This document shows, one piece after another, positions 15,878 through 25,499 of a DNA stretch of 32,000 nucleotides. A program made the position numbers and the translations under genes. Positions within the stretch are counted from its first letter, which is position 1. Each line of letters opens with the position of its first letter. A model generated the notes under the pieces. It had not been told where the DNA came from. It saw nothing but the letters and a program-made list of their open reading frames with translations, and did no database searches. This DNA comes from Candidatus Methanoperedens sp. (lineage in GTDB: Archaea; Halobacteriota; Methanosarcinia; Methanosarcinales; Methanoperedenaceae). The DNA is taken from the NCBI GenBank assembly GCA_027460535.1, contig JAPZAR010000015.1:1-32000 (forward strand). Direction: 5' to 3'.

Positions 15878-18800
15878 TTACGTTCTCGAAACCCCCATCC
15901 TCATTTTTATATCCTCGACATCCCAATCCTTCACAAGATCTCCCTGAACGTCTGCCCTGGAACAGATTTTTAGCGACTTTGCCCGGACCTCCCCGGATAT
16001 GAAGTCTTTTAACTCTGTGACGAGTTCCAAAACTTTGGGCTCTTTGATCTCGACTACCGCATTTATCTCTTCTTCCACGGAAAGGTCAAGCTCCTTGCGC
16101 ATATCCTGAATTCTTCGTATAACCTCGCGTGCATAGCCTTCGGATTCGATCTCGCGTGTGAGTTCCGTGTCCACATAGACAATCCCTGCCGAGAATCCGG
16201 CCTGGGCAATAGCAGGTGGGATCGTATCCCTGAAACTTACCATATCCTCTGTTATCTCCCAGTTCCCGAGTTCAAAACTGCCCTTCTCTGATATCACTTT
16301 TTTTATTATCCTGCCGTCAGCCTTTTTTAGATCTGCTATCACACTGCCCGCTTCTTTTTTGAAGGCAGGGCCTATGGTGGCGGGATTCGGTACGGCTTCC
16401 ACGCCCAGCTCTTCCCAGGTTTCGCGAGTTGCCAGTAATACTATTTCCTTGGCGTTCGTCTGCTCTTTTAAAACAGATTCAAGACTTTTTACTGCGCCTG
16501 CCACCTCATCTTTCCCTGGTGCCACTATGATCCTTTTCACAGGCCATCTTAATTTTCTCTTTAATTTCTGCCTGGCATTCGATGAAGCTTCGACGATCTC
16601 CCTGATGAGGTTCATCCGGTTCTCAAGTTCTGTATCTACAAACTCCTCTTTCGGCTTTACCCAGTCGCACAGGTGAACAGTCGCGGGCGCATCGCGGTCG
16701 ACATTGCGCACAAGATTCTGATACATTTCTTCTGAAACATGCGGTGCAAAAGGCGCTATCAGCTTTGTAAGGGTAACAAGGACCTCGTATAATGTGTAAT
16801 ATGCAGCCAGCTTGTCCGGGTCGTTAGCTTCCCGCCAGGTTCTTGGACGAATTAGCTGTATGTACCAGCGCGACAGATCCTCAAGTACAAACTCCGAGAT
16901 CGGGCGGGTGGCTTTGTGGAGGTTGTATTCCGACATCGCGACATCCACCTGTTTTACGAGCGATTGCATTCTTGACAGGATCCACCTATCCTCCAACCTC
17001 AATCCTTCAGGAATTCCTTTCATTTCAAGGGGGTTGAAGTTATCTAGTATCATGTAGGGCAGCGGGAAACGGTAAACATTCCACATGATATTCAGCATCC
17101 TATGGACGTTCCCAACCTCGTCCCAGCTGAATTTAAGGTCTTCCCATGGCGCATTTTGTGAAAGCACATAAAGGCGGAGCGACTCGGCGCCGTATTTTGC
17201 CACAACTTCTTCAGGTGACACAACATTGCCCAGGCTCTTTGACATTTTCTTTCCTTCGGTGTCAAGAGTGAAACCATGCATCAGCACGCTCTTGTAAGGT
17301 GCTTTTCCGAATGCTATCATGCTTGCCCCAAGCTGTGAATAGAACCAGCCCCGTGTCTGGTCATGACCCTCAGTGATGAAATCCGCAGGCCACCACTCCC
17401 TGAATGCCTTCTCATCGTGCGGGTAATTAAGGGTCGCCCAGGAAGCTACGGCAGAATCGAACCAAACATCAAAAACGTCAGCCACCCTGCTCATCCGCCC
17501 TCCGCATCTGCATTTGATATGGATATTATCCACGTTCGGCCTGTGGAGATCGGGAAGCTTTGAAACTCCGGACCGCTTCTCAAGCTCATTTCTTGTCCCT
17601 ATCACCTCTTTCTCGCCACAGGATTCGCAAACCCATACTGGAATTGGAATTCCCCAGTACCTCTGGCGCGAGATGCACCAGTCACGGGAACCCGTTACCC
17701 AATCTGCAAAGCGCGCAGATCCGGCCCAATCGGGATACCATTTGACTTTTTGAATCTCAGCTAGCATTTCTTCCTTGAGGTCAGTCACTTTCAAAAACCA
17801 TTGCTCTGTGGCAAGATAGATGATGGGTGTCTTGCATCTCCAGCAGTGGCCATACCTGTGCGAGATCTTGCCGCTTGCAAGGAGCAGGTTACTATCAGTC
17901 AAGTCGTCAAGCACGACCCTGTTGGCATCTTTCACATGCATCCCTTTGTATTCTCCCGCTTCTTCGGTGTACCTGCCGTCAGAGCCCACGGGGCAAAATA
18001 TCGGAAGTTTATTCTTCATCCCGAGTTCAAAGTCATCAATGCCATGCCCGGGTGCGATGTGAACGCAACCTGTGTTCTCGGCAGTGACGAAATCTGCCAT
18101 GTAAACCTTATGATGGAATTCCTTTTGCCTGGGTACTTTTCCTTCCAGAGGATGGCTGTATTCAATATTGATATCCTCACCGAGCATGGTTTCAAGTATC
18201 TCGTATTCTTTGTACCTGCCCTGTTTCAGGACATTCGCCATAAGTGGCGCGGCCATTATCAGTATCTCTTCCTTCCCATCCTTTACCACCCTGATCTTTA
18301 CATACTCAAAAGAAGGATGTACTGCGACTGCGATATTTGCCGGGATAGTCCATGGCGTTGTGGTCCATATAACTATGAAGGTATTCTCCTCGTTCTTGAC
18401 CGGGAATTTTATATATACCGAAGGATCAGTCTCATCCCAGTATTCAACCTCTGAATCCGCTATCGCCGTTTCGCACCTTGGACACCAATTCACGACCCGC
18501 AGCCCTTTTTCAAGGAGCTTCTTCTCATGCGCCTGTTTCAGGGTCCACCAGGCTGCCTCGATATACTCATCACGCAATGTCATGTAGGGGTCTTTCCAGT
18601 TCAGCCACACGCCAAGATTCCTGAACTGGAGGGTCATCTCATCCCTGTGGGTCAGAGCAAACTCCTTGCATTTAGCTACGAAGTTACCCACACCGTATTT
18701 CTCGATATCCTTTTTTGACTTGAACCCGAGGACACCTTCCACCTTCACTTCTATCGGCAGGCCGTGCATATCCCATCCTGCCCTGTCGAGGACATGATAA

Positions 18801-19024
18801 CCATTCATGGATCTATATCGCAGTATTGAATCCTTGATTATCTTGTTCCAGGCTGTCCCCAGATGGATCCTTCCCGTGGTATAGGGGGGGCCATCCACAA
18901 AAAAGAACTTCTTGCCGTTCTTCCTGAGTTCTCTTACGCTGGAATAAGCGTCTATTTCATCCCAGAATTTCTGGCTTTTCTGGTCTATTAGTTTTGCGTC
19001 GTACTGAGAAGCCTCTTTTAACAT
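15878..19024 (-). CDS. ileS: Isoleucyl-tRNA synthetase
   Basis: Class I aaRS with [14 protein letters not shown] (HIGH region), KMSKSLGN (KMSKS), a CP1 editing domain and a Zn-binding region (CPRC..). The track ORF starts at TTG 19069. I prefer ATG 19024 ([11 protein letters not shown]), which has GGAGAT 9 nt upstream. Confidence 0.95.
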   Translation of the reverse strand: MLKEASQYDAKLIDQKSQKFWDEIDAYSSVRELRKNGKKFFFVDGPPYTTGRIHLGTAWNKIIKDSILRYRSMNGYHVLDRAGWDMHGLPIEVKVEGVLGFKSKKDIEKYGVGNFVAKCKEFALTHRDEMTLQFRNLGVWLNWKDPYMTLRDEYIEAAWWTLKQAHEKKLLEKGLRVVNWCPRCETAIADSEVEYWDETDPSVYIKFPVKNEENTFIVIWTTTPWTIPANIAVAVHPSFEYVKIRVVKDGKEEILIMAAPLMANVLKQGRYKEYEILETMLGEDINIEYSHPLEGKVPRQKEFHHKVYMADFVTAENTGCVHIAPGHGIDDFELGMKNKLPIFCPVGSDGRYTEEAGEYKGMHVKDANRVVLDDLTDSNLLLASGKISHRYGHCWRCKTPIIYLATEQWFLKVTDLKEEMLAEIQKVKWYPDWAGSARFADWVTGSRDWCISRQRYWGIPIPVWVCESCGEKEVIGTRNELEKRSGVSKLPDLHRPNVDNIHIKCRCGGRMSRVADVFDVWFDSAVASWATLNYPHDEKAFREWWPADFITEGHDQTRGWFYSQLGASMIAFGKAPYKSVLMHGFTLDTEGKKMSKSLGNVVSPEEVVAKYGAESLRLYVLSQNAPWEDLKFSWDEVGNVHRMLNIMWNVYRFPLPYMILDNFNPLEMKGIPEGLRLEDRWILSRMQSLVKQVDVAMSEYNLHKATRPISEFVLEDLSRWYIQLIRPRTWREANDPDKLAAYYTLYEVLVTLTKLIAPFAPHVSEEMYQNLVRNVDRDAPATVHLCDWVKPKEEFVDTELENRMNLIREIVEASSNARQKLKRKLRWPVKRIIVAPGKDEVAGAVKSLESVLKEQTNAKEIVLLATRETWEELGVEAVPNPATIGPAFKKEAGSVIADLKKADGRIIKKVISEKGSFELGNWEITEDMVSFRDTIPPAIAQAGFSAGIVYVDTELTREIESEGYAREVIRRIQDMRKELDLSVEEEINAVVEIKEPKVLELVTELKDFISGEVRAKSLKICSRADVQGDLVKDWDVEDIKMRMGVSRT

Positions 19025-19148
19025 AAATAGAATCTCCAAAGAATTGGGGGTAGTATTGTGATAATGCAATTAAACCTTATGGTTTTAAAATTGTTGCCTG
19101 CAATACCTATTTATCCATCAAGTCCAATATTACAACTAAGGGGGAAAT

Positions 19149-19367
19149 ATGAACTGCGATATATGTGGAAGACCCACGACGAACAAGAAAGGAATATGCG
19201 ACAGATGTAACAAAATAATGGACCAGGTGATAAGGGATGTCGGCCCTGATGTCTGGAACAATATCGATGATTGCAAGTATATTTATCCAATGATAAAACG
19301 CGTAGCAGAAGGAAGCCTGCGGACCCAGGATGTTGTTAACGAACTGCTGAAGGGCGAAGCTGATTAA
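19149..19367 (+). CDS. Small hypothetical protein with an N-terminal zinc-ribbon-like motif
   Basis: 72 aa. CDICGR..(10)..CDRC. Strong RBS AAGGGGG upstream of the ATG. Confidence 0.5.
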   Translation: MNCDICGRPTTNKKGICDRCNKIMDQVIRDVGPDVWNNIDDCKYIYPMIKRVAEGSLRTQDVVNELLKGEAD

Positions 19368-19374
19368 ATACCGA

Positions 19375-19740
19375 TCATTCTATCTTGATTTTTTTGACGC
19401 AGCATTCACGACCTGCGGTTATATCCACATCCGTTTCTCCGCATTTTGGGCATTTTATTACAGGCAGGAAAAAGTGTAATTTTTCAAAGAATTCGATCTC
19501 GCCATTGTAAGAGCATTTTTTACAATTTATCAGAGGTTTGATGACTTTTATATTGTATCTTGCTCCCTCAGCCACTGTCCCGCGGGTTATAGTTTCAAAA
19601 ATGAACCTCAGTTGTTCGGGATTAAGTGCCGTAAGCACTCCGACCTCGATAAAGACCTCATCCACCTTTTTGGCATCATTTTTCCTGGCGGCATCAATTA
19701 CAGCATCCACAATGGCCCCGGCGATGGAGATCTCATGCAT
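19375..19740 (-). CDS. hypA: Hydrogenase/urease nickel-incorporation protein HypA
   Basis: 121 aa. Contains MHEISIA (N-terminal Ni site MHE) and the zinc site CKKC..CPKCG. Confidence 0.85.
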   Translation of the reverse strand: MHEISIAGAIVDAVIDAARKNDAKKVDEVFIEVGVLTALNPEQLRFIFETITRGTVAEGARYNIKVIKPLINCKKCSYNGEIEFFEKLHFFLPVIKCPKCGETDVDITAGRECCVKKIKIE

Positions 19741-19744
19741 CCTG

Positions 19745-20752
19745 TTACCTGACGACCTCTATCTCGGATTTGAGCTGTATGCATTTAGCTGCGGCATAGA
19801 GCAATGATGAAAAAGCGCAAACTGTGCCTATACCTTTTCCAATGAGCGCATCATCCTTTTTTACTAGTGCTGTGATGTACGTGTCAAGCCTTACATCGGT
19901 GGTGATATCCCTTTTTTCAAGCTCGCTGATGAGATTATTGGCCTCTTCACCGGTATTTTTCCCTTTCCTGCAGAGTTTCGTGGGACATATCCTGCAATAT
20001 TCTTTGAAAAGAGCGCCCCATTTCGGTCCCGCGATCCCGGCATGGACTTCGGCTACCACGCCTGCATAGGCTATGCAGCATTTCATCGCCTTACCGATCA
20101 CTATTCCTTTTTCCTTTATCTCGCAGCAAACCCGGTCGTTCTTATAAAAGAACCAGTTCTCCATCCCGCGCTCGTACTTATCTTTACCTGTGTTGCGTTT
20201 GTCCCTGAGCTCTTCCTTTATCTTTTTGGCAAGCTCTGGCGCCCGCGGGATAGTCGCCGCCGTGCCGCACGTCGGGCAATAAGAGATCGGGCCTACAGCT
20301 ATTTCTTTATCGTCTTTGTCTATGAACGCCACTTCTATTCCCCATGAATTGCGCCTGATCGCCACCCTGCCGCCGTTTTTCCAGACTTCATTATAAGCTG
20401 AAGCAACTGGAGTGACAACCCTTCCGTATCCATAGATATCCGCTACCTTTTCCATATCGATTATGCATTGCAGGGACTTTGTCAGTTCGGTTTCAATATC
20501 CTTCGGGAAGAATCCTCCTTCCACCATTGCAAACAGGATGGCAGGAGGCCAGGTTATGCCTTCCCCCTGTCCCACGACATTTCCTTCATTATCAAGGATT
20601 TTTGATCCGACGCCATCGGGTCGCTCCCAGGTAACCGCTTTACCCCCCAGCAGTGATAGCTCTTTCAGCACCTTGTGTGTTGTGCCGCAATTGCCGTCCT
20701 CTATCCGCAGCTTTCCTTCAAGGTTTTTTCTTACTCGATCTACAAAATCCAT
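19745..20752 (-). CDS. Uncharacterised Cys-rich protein (335 aa), probably co-transcribed with hypA
   Basis: Long ATG-initiated ORF with AAGGAA upstream. It has 13 Cys, including CPTC, two CC doublets and CRICPTKLC. Its stop lies 4 nt before the hypA ATG. I recognise no family. Confidence 0.7.
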   Translation of the reverse strand: MDFVDRVRKNLEGKLRIEDGNCGTTHKVLKELSLLGGKAVTWERPDGVGSKILDNEGNVVGQGEGITWPPAILFAMVEGGFFPKDIETELTKSLQCIIDMEKVADIYGYGRVVTPVASAYNEVWKNGGRVAIRRNSWGIEVAFIDKDDKEIAVGPISYCPTCGTAATIPRAPELAKKIKEELRDKRNTGKDKYERGMENWFFYKNDRVCCEIKEKGIVIGKAMKCCIAYAGVVAEVHAGIAGPKWGALFKEYCRICPTKLCRKGKNTGEEANNLISELEKRDITTDVRLDTYITALVKKDDALIGKGIGTVCAFSSLLYAAAKCIQLKSEIEVVR

Positions 20753-20764
20753 ACAGATTCCTTG

Positions 20765-20780
20765 TTCGTAATATTACGAA
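20765..20780. promoter_or_regulatory. Perfect 16-bp palindrome TTCGTAATATTACGAA (candidate operator)
   Basis: Lies 13 nt upstream of the ATG at 20752. On the minus strand it sits directly downstream of an AT-rich TATA-like element (TTTAAGTAATAAAAA). Confidence 0.4.
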
Positions 20781-20847
20781 TTTTTATTACTTAAAGGTTG
20801 TCAATGTCTTTTAATTATGATTTTCTAACATCTCATATTAAAATTTT

Positions 20848-21351
20848 TCATGGAATCACTGTTATTTTCTGATGCTCGATGCGGGGGTATTCTTGTATGG
20901 AGAAATCATATGTTCCTGTCTTATTGAACATGTACTCAAAGTGCTCTCCCTGGTAGCGCATAAGCCCTGTCCTCCCTGTCCAGAGCCCTTCACTGCTTGC
21001 AATGGTGAGCGGGAAATCATAGCTGTCATCATTCATCCATCTGACTTTATCTCCTGCGCGGATAGTAAAATTCAGTATATCGAAGTAAGGAGGAAGGAAG
21101 ATAGAATGATTCCCCCGGACTGCGCGTATCGTGTAAAAACCATAATCGCTGTCTATCCAGACTATATATTTTACCGGCGAAGGGATTATTGTCGGAACAG
21201 GTGATGGCATAACAGTAGTTGGGACCGCAGTCGGAGACGCGGTCGCAGTCAGACTTGCGGTTGGTGTGGGTGTCCCGACCGGAGCCTGGACACAGCCGAG
21301 AAAAACAGAAGACAGGACTGCAAGCACAAGAACAGTTTTGATTATTTTCAT
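20848..21351 (-). CDS. Secreted lipoprotein with a cupredoxin-like sequence pattern but no copper ligands
   Basis: ATG 21351 (MKIIKTVLVLAVLSSVFLGC: signal peptide plus lipobox Cys) with GGTGAGGG upstream; the track start at 21369 is TTG. A Thr/Pro-rich linker follows. The pattern IRAGDKVRWMNDD..GTYDFSIQEYPRIEHQKITV parallels plastocyanin/amicyanin-type domains. Confidence 0.65.
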   Translation of the reverse strand: MKIIKTVLVLAVLSSVFLGCVQAPVGTPTPTASLTATASPTAVPTTVMPSPVPTIIPSPVKYIVWIDSDYGFYTIRAVRGNHSIFLPPYFDILNFTIRAGDKVRWMNDDSYDFPLTIASSEGLWTGRTGLMRYQGEHFEYMFNKTGTYDFSIQEYPRIEHQKITVIP

Positions 21352-21424
21352 GCCCTCACCATAAAACAATGTTGTTACTTATCATAAATAATATTATCTA
21401 TTAAGACAAACTATTCAAATCCAA

Positions 21425-21955
21425 ATGACCATCCAGATAGACGACCAGGGCTGGGGCACACCTGTGGGAGGGGTGGGTATTATCGTCATCCGCAAAGAAA
21501 CGGAGGAATTATATTACGACATAATTCCTATTGAGAATTTCAACATCCAGACGTTTAAAAAGAAAAATTACCTCTATGGCGCACAGAGTATTGTGGAGAA
21601 TGGATTTAATAAACTAAAAGTCTCCAAGAATGAGGAGATAGAGATATGCCCGGGATGCATCCATGATAAAACCGTTGAATGGCTGAAAAATGAGGGCTTC
21701 AGATTCTCGGTGGTCAAAATCAACGGACTTGCCCAGCATAAAGGGGAAAAGCTGTTCGTAGAATATCTTCGAAAACTGGGTGTTCCGAACCCTCCCGCTA
21801 TTGTTGATGAGACCGTTGATGAATACAAAACTCAGTTCTTCTACCTTATGGACTGGGTAAGGAAAGATCCGGAAGGGAGGGAGCATCTCTGCAAAACCGG
21901 CTGGAAATATTTCATCAAATTCTTCAAAACCCTGGAGAAAAATCAGGATAATTGA
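21425..21955 (+). CDS. Hypothetical 176-aa protein
   Basis: ATG-initiated ORF with balanced composition. Its stop abuts the ATG of the next gene (TGAATG). I recognise no family. Confidence 0.65.
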   Translation: MTIQIDDQGWGTPVGGVGIIVIRKETEELYYDIIPIENFNIQTFKKKNYLYGAQSIVENGFNKLKVSKNEEIEICPGCIHDKTVEWLKNEGFRFSVVKINGLAQHKGEKLFVEYLRKLGVPNPPAIVDETVDEYKTQFFYLMDWVRKDPEGREHLCKTGWKYFIKFFKTLEKNQDN

Positions 21956-22486
21956 ATGAAAATGCCCGGAATGAAAAATTGCATCAAAGTGGCTTCACTG
22001 AACAAAAATAAGATCGATGCCGTGAAAGAAGTCTTCCCCTCGTACAATGTTGAAGGCCTTGCATGCAGATCCGGGGTCAAGGAGCAACCCCTCGGCCTTC
22101 CCGAGATCATTCATGGCGCGATCTTCAGGGCCAAAGCGGTTTTTGATGCGTGTGAATACTCAGTGGGAATAGAGGACGGCATGGCCCCTGTCCCTGAGAC
22201 ACAGAGCGGGTACATGAACTTCTGTTGCTGCGCCATCTACGATGGAAGAAGAGTTTATCTTGGTCTTGGGCCCGCATTTGAATATCCGCCCCAGTGCACA
22301 AAAAGGGTGGTGGATGAAGGGATAACGATATCTGAGGCTTTTACTCCCATCTCAAGCAAACCGGAAATCGGTTACGAAGAAGGCATCATTGGCTGGCTCA
22401 CGAAAGGGAGGATAAACAGGAAGGATTATACGAAGGCGGCAGTTGAGATGGCAAGGGTCCAGATAGATAATGCCGAATTATTTTGA
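21956..22486 (+). CDS. Inosine/xanthosine triphosphatase (YjjX/DUF84 NTPase family)
   Basis: 176 aa. IKVASLNKNKIDAVKEVF, SGVKEQPLGLPEIIHGAIFRAK and VGIEDG match the YjjX-family pattern (SGVxEQPxGxxET..GAxNRA, IEAG). Confidence 0.75.
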   Translation: MKMPGMKNCIKVASLNKNKIDAVKEVFPSYNVEGLACRSGVKEQPLGLPEIIHGAIFRAKAVFDACEYSVGIEDGMAPVPETQSGYMNFCCCAIYDGRRVYLGLGPAFEYPPQCTKRVVDEGITISEAFTPISSKPEIGYEEGIIGWLTKGRINRKDYTKAAVEMARVQIDNAELF

Positions 22487-22581
22487 GACAAGATTCCACG
22501 CTATCGGTGACCCAATTTTTCTGATACGAACTGCTTGGCAAGGTCAAAGCATCTTTAAAGGCATTCAAAATTTATGAATAG

Positions 22582-23520
22582 TCAGGTTTTCTTTATCTTT
22601 AAGACAACCTTACCTCGCGGATGTCCATTTTGCAGATACTCGAGTGCTTCTACTGCCTCTTCCAGAGGAAATGTCTTGTCAACATGCACTTTGACGACAC
22701 GTTTATCTGCGAGTTCGGCCAGTTTGGACAGTCGTTCACTGTTCACCTGCGTGAATTGTGCTATGGCATTTACCCCATATCGTTTCATGAGTTCAGAACG
22801 AGGCTGCTCCAGCATAGAAACGATTATACCACCTTTCTTGAGCACTGTGAAAGATTTAACGTACGTCTCGCCGCCCACTGTGTCAAAAACCGCGTCATAG
22901 TTGCGTATAAGATTGTCGAAGGACTGATTCTTGTAATCTATAGCTTCATCTGCCCCCAATTCTTTGACATACTGTAGATCTTTCGCGCTCGCTGTTGTCG
23001 CCACATATGCTCCCAGATTTTTAGCAAGCTGGATGGCGATTGTCCCTATGCCGCCCGCGCCACCGTGGATGAGGATCTTTTTGCCTTTGGAAAGACCCAT
23101 ATGATCAACGAGTGCCTGCCAGGCGCTTACCCCTGTAAGCGGCGATGCGGCTGCTTCAACATGACTGAAGTTCTTTGGTTTACGTGCCGTGGCCTTTGCA
23201 TCTGCTGAAGCATATTCTGCGAATGACCCGCCGTTTAAGACGCTGGCCTGCCCGAAAACCTCATCGCCTTTTTTGAAACCGGAAATGCCTTCTCCGACTT
23301 CTACTATTACGCCTGAAAAATCCATTCCCAAGGTTGCTGGGAACTTCAATGGCATCATTTGCTGCATATATCCTTCGCGGATCTTCCAATCGACAGGATT
23401 TACCCCGGCTGCATATACCTCCACGAGAAGCTGTCCACGAGATACCGTGGGTTTTGGTGCATTTTTGTTGATCTCGACAACTTCACTGCCTCCATACTTT
23501 TTAATCTGCGCAGCTTTCAT
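22582..23520 (-). CDS. NADPH:quinone oxidoreductase / zinc-type alcohol dehydrogenase superfamily (MDR) protein
   Basis: Contains MKAAQIKKYGG, GVNPVDWKIREG and the Rossmann motif IHGGAGGIGTIAIQLAK. The track start at 23529 is GTG. I prefer ATG 23520, which has GGGAGTGAG upstream. Confidence 0.88.
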   Translation of the reverse strand: MKAAQIKKYGGSEVVEINKNAPKPTVSRGQLLVEVYAAGVNPVDWKIREGYMQQMMPLKFPATLGMDFSGVIVEVGEGISGFKKGDEVFGQASVLNGGSFAEYASADAKATARKPKNFSHVEAAASPLTGVSAWQALVDHMGLSKGKKILIHGGAGGIGTIAIQLAKNLGAYVATTASAKDLQYVKELGADEAIDYKNQSFDNLIRNYDAVFDTVGGETYVKSFTVLKKGGIIVSMLEQPRSELMKRYGVNAIAQFTQVNSERLSKLAELADKRVVKVHVDKTFPLEEAVEALEYLQNGHPRGKVVLKIKKT

Positions 23521-23871
23521 ATTTCTCACTCCCTGTTATTTAAAGGAAGGTCTTCTAGCTTTAAATATTTAACCAAGTTGGTTCGGAAGGGTTGATGTCA
23601 TTTCAATGTCCAAAAAAATATAGGTGCATGTTCTCCAACGAGCTGTTGTGTTTCTGGCACGAAACCCATGCTTTTCTTTGCTATTCAAGCTGTTCCTTTA
23701 CTATCTTTTCCTCCATTGATATTTCCTCCAATCTTTAATGTTGTGAACCACTAACTCAGATCTGACTCAATTCTTTTTGTAAATGTCTCGACGATTTTTT
23801 TCCTGATAATCAATTTATTGTATCCACTCAAGACTGCGGTTCGACCGATTAAACAATGGCTTTCCGATCAG

Positions 23872-24027
23872 TTAACAGGACATGCCTTCAAGTCCGCTGT
23901 ATTTATTGACTATCGGACAGTTGTAATAATTTTCTGTGCCGCAGTAGTTTGCTATTTCAGATTGAGCAGGCTTATGATATTTCGGGTCAAGCATGCATCG
24001 CGAGTTTTTAAAGTTCGGACATCCCAT
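23872..24027 (-). CDS. Small (51-aa) twin-CX7C protein
   Basis: Internal ATG 24027 of the 71-aa track ORF has GGAGAT 6 nt upstream. Sequence is MGCPNFKNSRC...CGTENYYNC...C, with Cys at positions 3, 11, 29, 37 and 51. It is divergent from amt. Confidence 0.45.
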   Translation of the reverse strand: MGCPNFKNSRCMLDPKYHKPAQSEIANYCGTENYYNCPIVNKYSGLEGMSC

Positions 24028-24154
24028 ATATATCTCCAAAATCTTATACTCAGGGATTCTAAATAAATTTGATCCATCCAGCCGCACTATCTTTAAAAGT
24101 TCATTACGATATTATTATATATGAAAAAGAGGTAAAAGGCATCCTGTAGTAGGT

Positions 24155-25498
24155 ATGAATAAAAAATTCGCGTGCTTAATTATTCTTTCTTTGTTTTTTA
24201 TTTCCCCGGTAAGTGCCGGGGATGGTACAAACAATGACTTTAGTCAATCCATAAATTTCACATGGCTTCTGCTAGCGGCTTTCCTGGTATTTTTCATGCA
24301 GGTAGGATTTGCCATGCTTGGTGCCGGAATAATCAGAGTGAAAAATTCCCTGAATTTCTTCACGATGGTCTTTATGGACTTCTCCCTCGGTGCGCTGGCA
24401 TTCTGGGCCGTGGGTTTTGCACTGATGTTCGGCGGCTCCAATCCCTCACTTGGCCTGAACCTGGGAAACCAGTATGTAGGATACAGCGGATTCCTATTAA
24501 TGGGCCAAACCTATAACAACTATTCCGCCGGGTTTTTGCTATTCCAGATAATGTTCGCAGCTGCGGCAGTATCTATAGTAGCCTGCGCCGTGGTTGAACG
24601 CCTGAAATTCAAGGCATATCTCCTGTATACGTTAGCCGTTACTACGATCATTTACCCGATTTACGGGCACTGGATCTGGGGAGGAGGCTGGCTAGCGCAG
24701 ATGGGAGTCAAGGATTTCGCGGGTTCTGGCGCGGTTCATGCCGTTGGCGGATTTGTGGCACTCGCGGGAGCATATCTTCTTGGGCCGCGAATTGGGAAAT
24801 ATGATAAAGATGGAAAACCGAACGTAATTCCGGGGCATGACATTACCTACATAGTCATAGGAACCTTCATTCTGATTTTTGGATGGTTCGGCTTTAATGC
24901 CGGAAGCACACTTGCGGCTACCGACCTTCGCATCTCTGTAATAGCCCTGAACACTTTTATGGCCGCGGCGGCAGGTGCAACCTCGGCATGCTTCCTGTTA
25001 TTGAGCAAATCAGGTAAAGCGGACATAACAATGATATGCAATGGGGCACTTGGGGGACTTGTCGCAATAACAGGGCCAAGCGCTTATGTCGCTCCATGGG
25101 CCGCTGTCTTGATAGGATTGATCGGAGGCATAATATTCGTAAAAGCCTACTGGTTCGTGGAATGGAAACTGAAGATAGATGACCCTGTGGGGGCCGTTGC
25201 ATGCCATGCTGCAAATGGTGTCTGGGGCCTGCTGGCTGTAGGTATATTTGCGGACGGCACGTACCAGGGAATAACCGGTTTGATCGCAGGCAATTCCCAT
25301 CAGCTCTATATCCAGGCTGTCGGCGCAGCTGCAGCAGTCGCATGGGCATTCGGCATGGGTTATATCATGTTCTCGCTCATCGATAGAACGGTTGGACTGC
25401 GGGTCAAACCCGAAGAAGAGCTGCAGGGACTCGACATAGGAGAACACGGCATCTCGGCATACCCGGAATTTACGGCAAACATGAGGGATGGAAGATAA
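24155..25498 (+). CDS. amt: Ammonium transporter (Amt family)
   Basis: 447 aa with about 11 TM helices. Amt signatures FMQVGFAMLGAG, DFAGSGAVHAVGG, GWFGFNAGS and HAANGVWG. Confidence 0.93.
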   Translation: MNKKFACLIILSLFFISPVSAGDGTNNDFSQSINFTWLLLAAFLVFFMQVGFAMLGAGIIRVKNSLNFFTMVFMDFSLGALAFWAVGFALMFGGSNPSLGLNLGNQYVGYSGFLLMGQTYNNYSAGFLLFQIMFAAAAVSIVACAVVERLKFKAYLLYTLAVTTIIYPIYGHWIWGGGWLAQMGVKDFAGSGAVHAVGGFVALAGAYLLGPRIGKYDKDGKPNVIPGHDITYIVIGTFILIFGWFGFNAGSTLAATDLRISVIALNTFMAAAAGATSACFLLLSKSGKADITMICNGALGGLVAITGPSAYVAPWAAVLIGLIGGIIFVKAYWFVEWKLKIDDPVGAVACHAANGVWGLLAVGIFADGTYQGITGLIAGNSHQLYIQAVGAAAAVAWAFGMGYIMFSLIDRTVGLRVKPEEELQGLDIGEHGISAYPEFTANMRDGR

Positions 25499-25499
25499 A

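Noticed and set aside
17801-18454. 217-aa plus-strand ORF, plus several 60-140-aa ORFs, inside ileS
   Set aside because: They are antisense to an unambiguous IleRS gene and show no motifs. These are shadow ORFs.
23595-23738. 47-aa Cys-containing plus-strand ORF (MSFQCPKKYRC...) and the direct repeat TTTCCTCCA x2 (23707-23715, 23722-23730) in the long spacer upstream of the quinone oxidoreductase gene
   Set aside because: The RBS spacing is poor (3 nt), the C-terminal half is low-complexity, and nothing else supports it. The repeat may simply belong to the promoter or leader of the downstream minus-strand gene.
24028-24154. Looked for an NrpR-type operator (GGAA-N6-TTCC) in the amt-glnK promoter
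   Set aside because: No GGAA-N6-TTCC palindrome is present. There is only an AT-rich TATA-like region and a weak GGAT..ATCC repeat.
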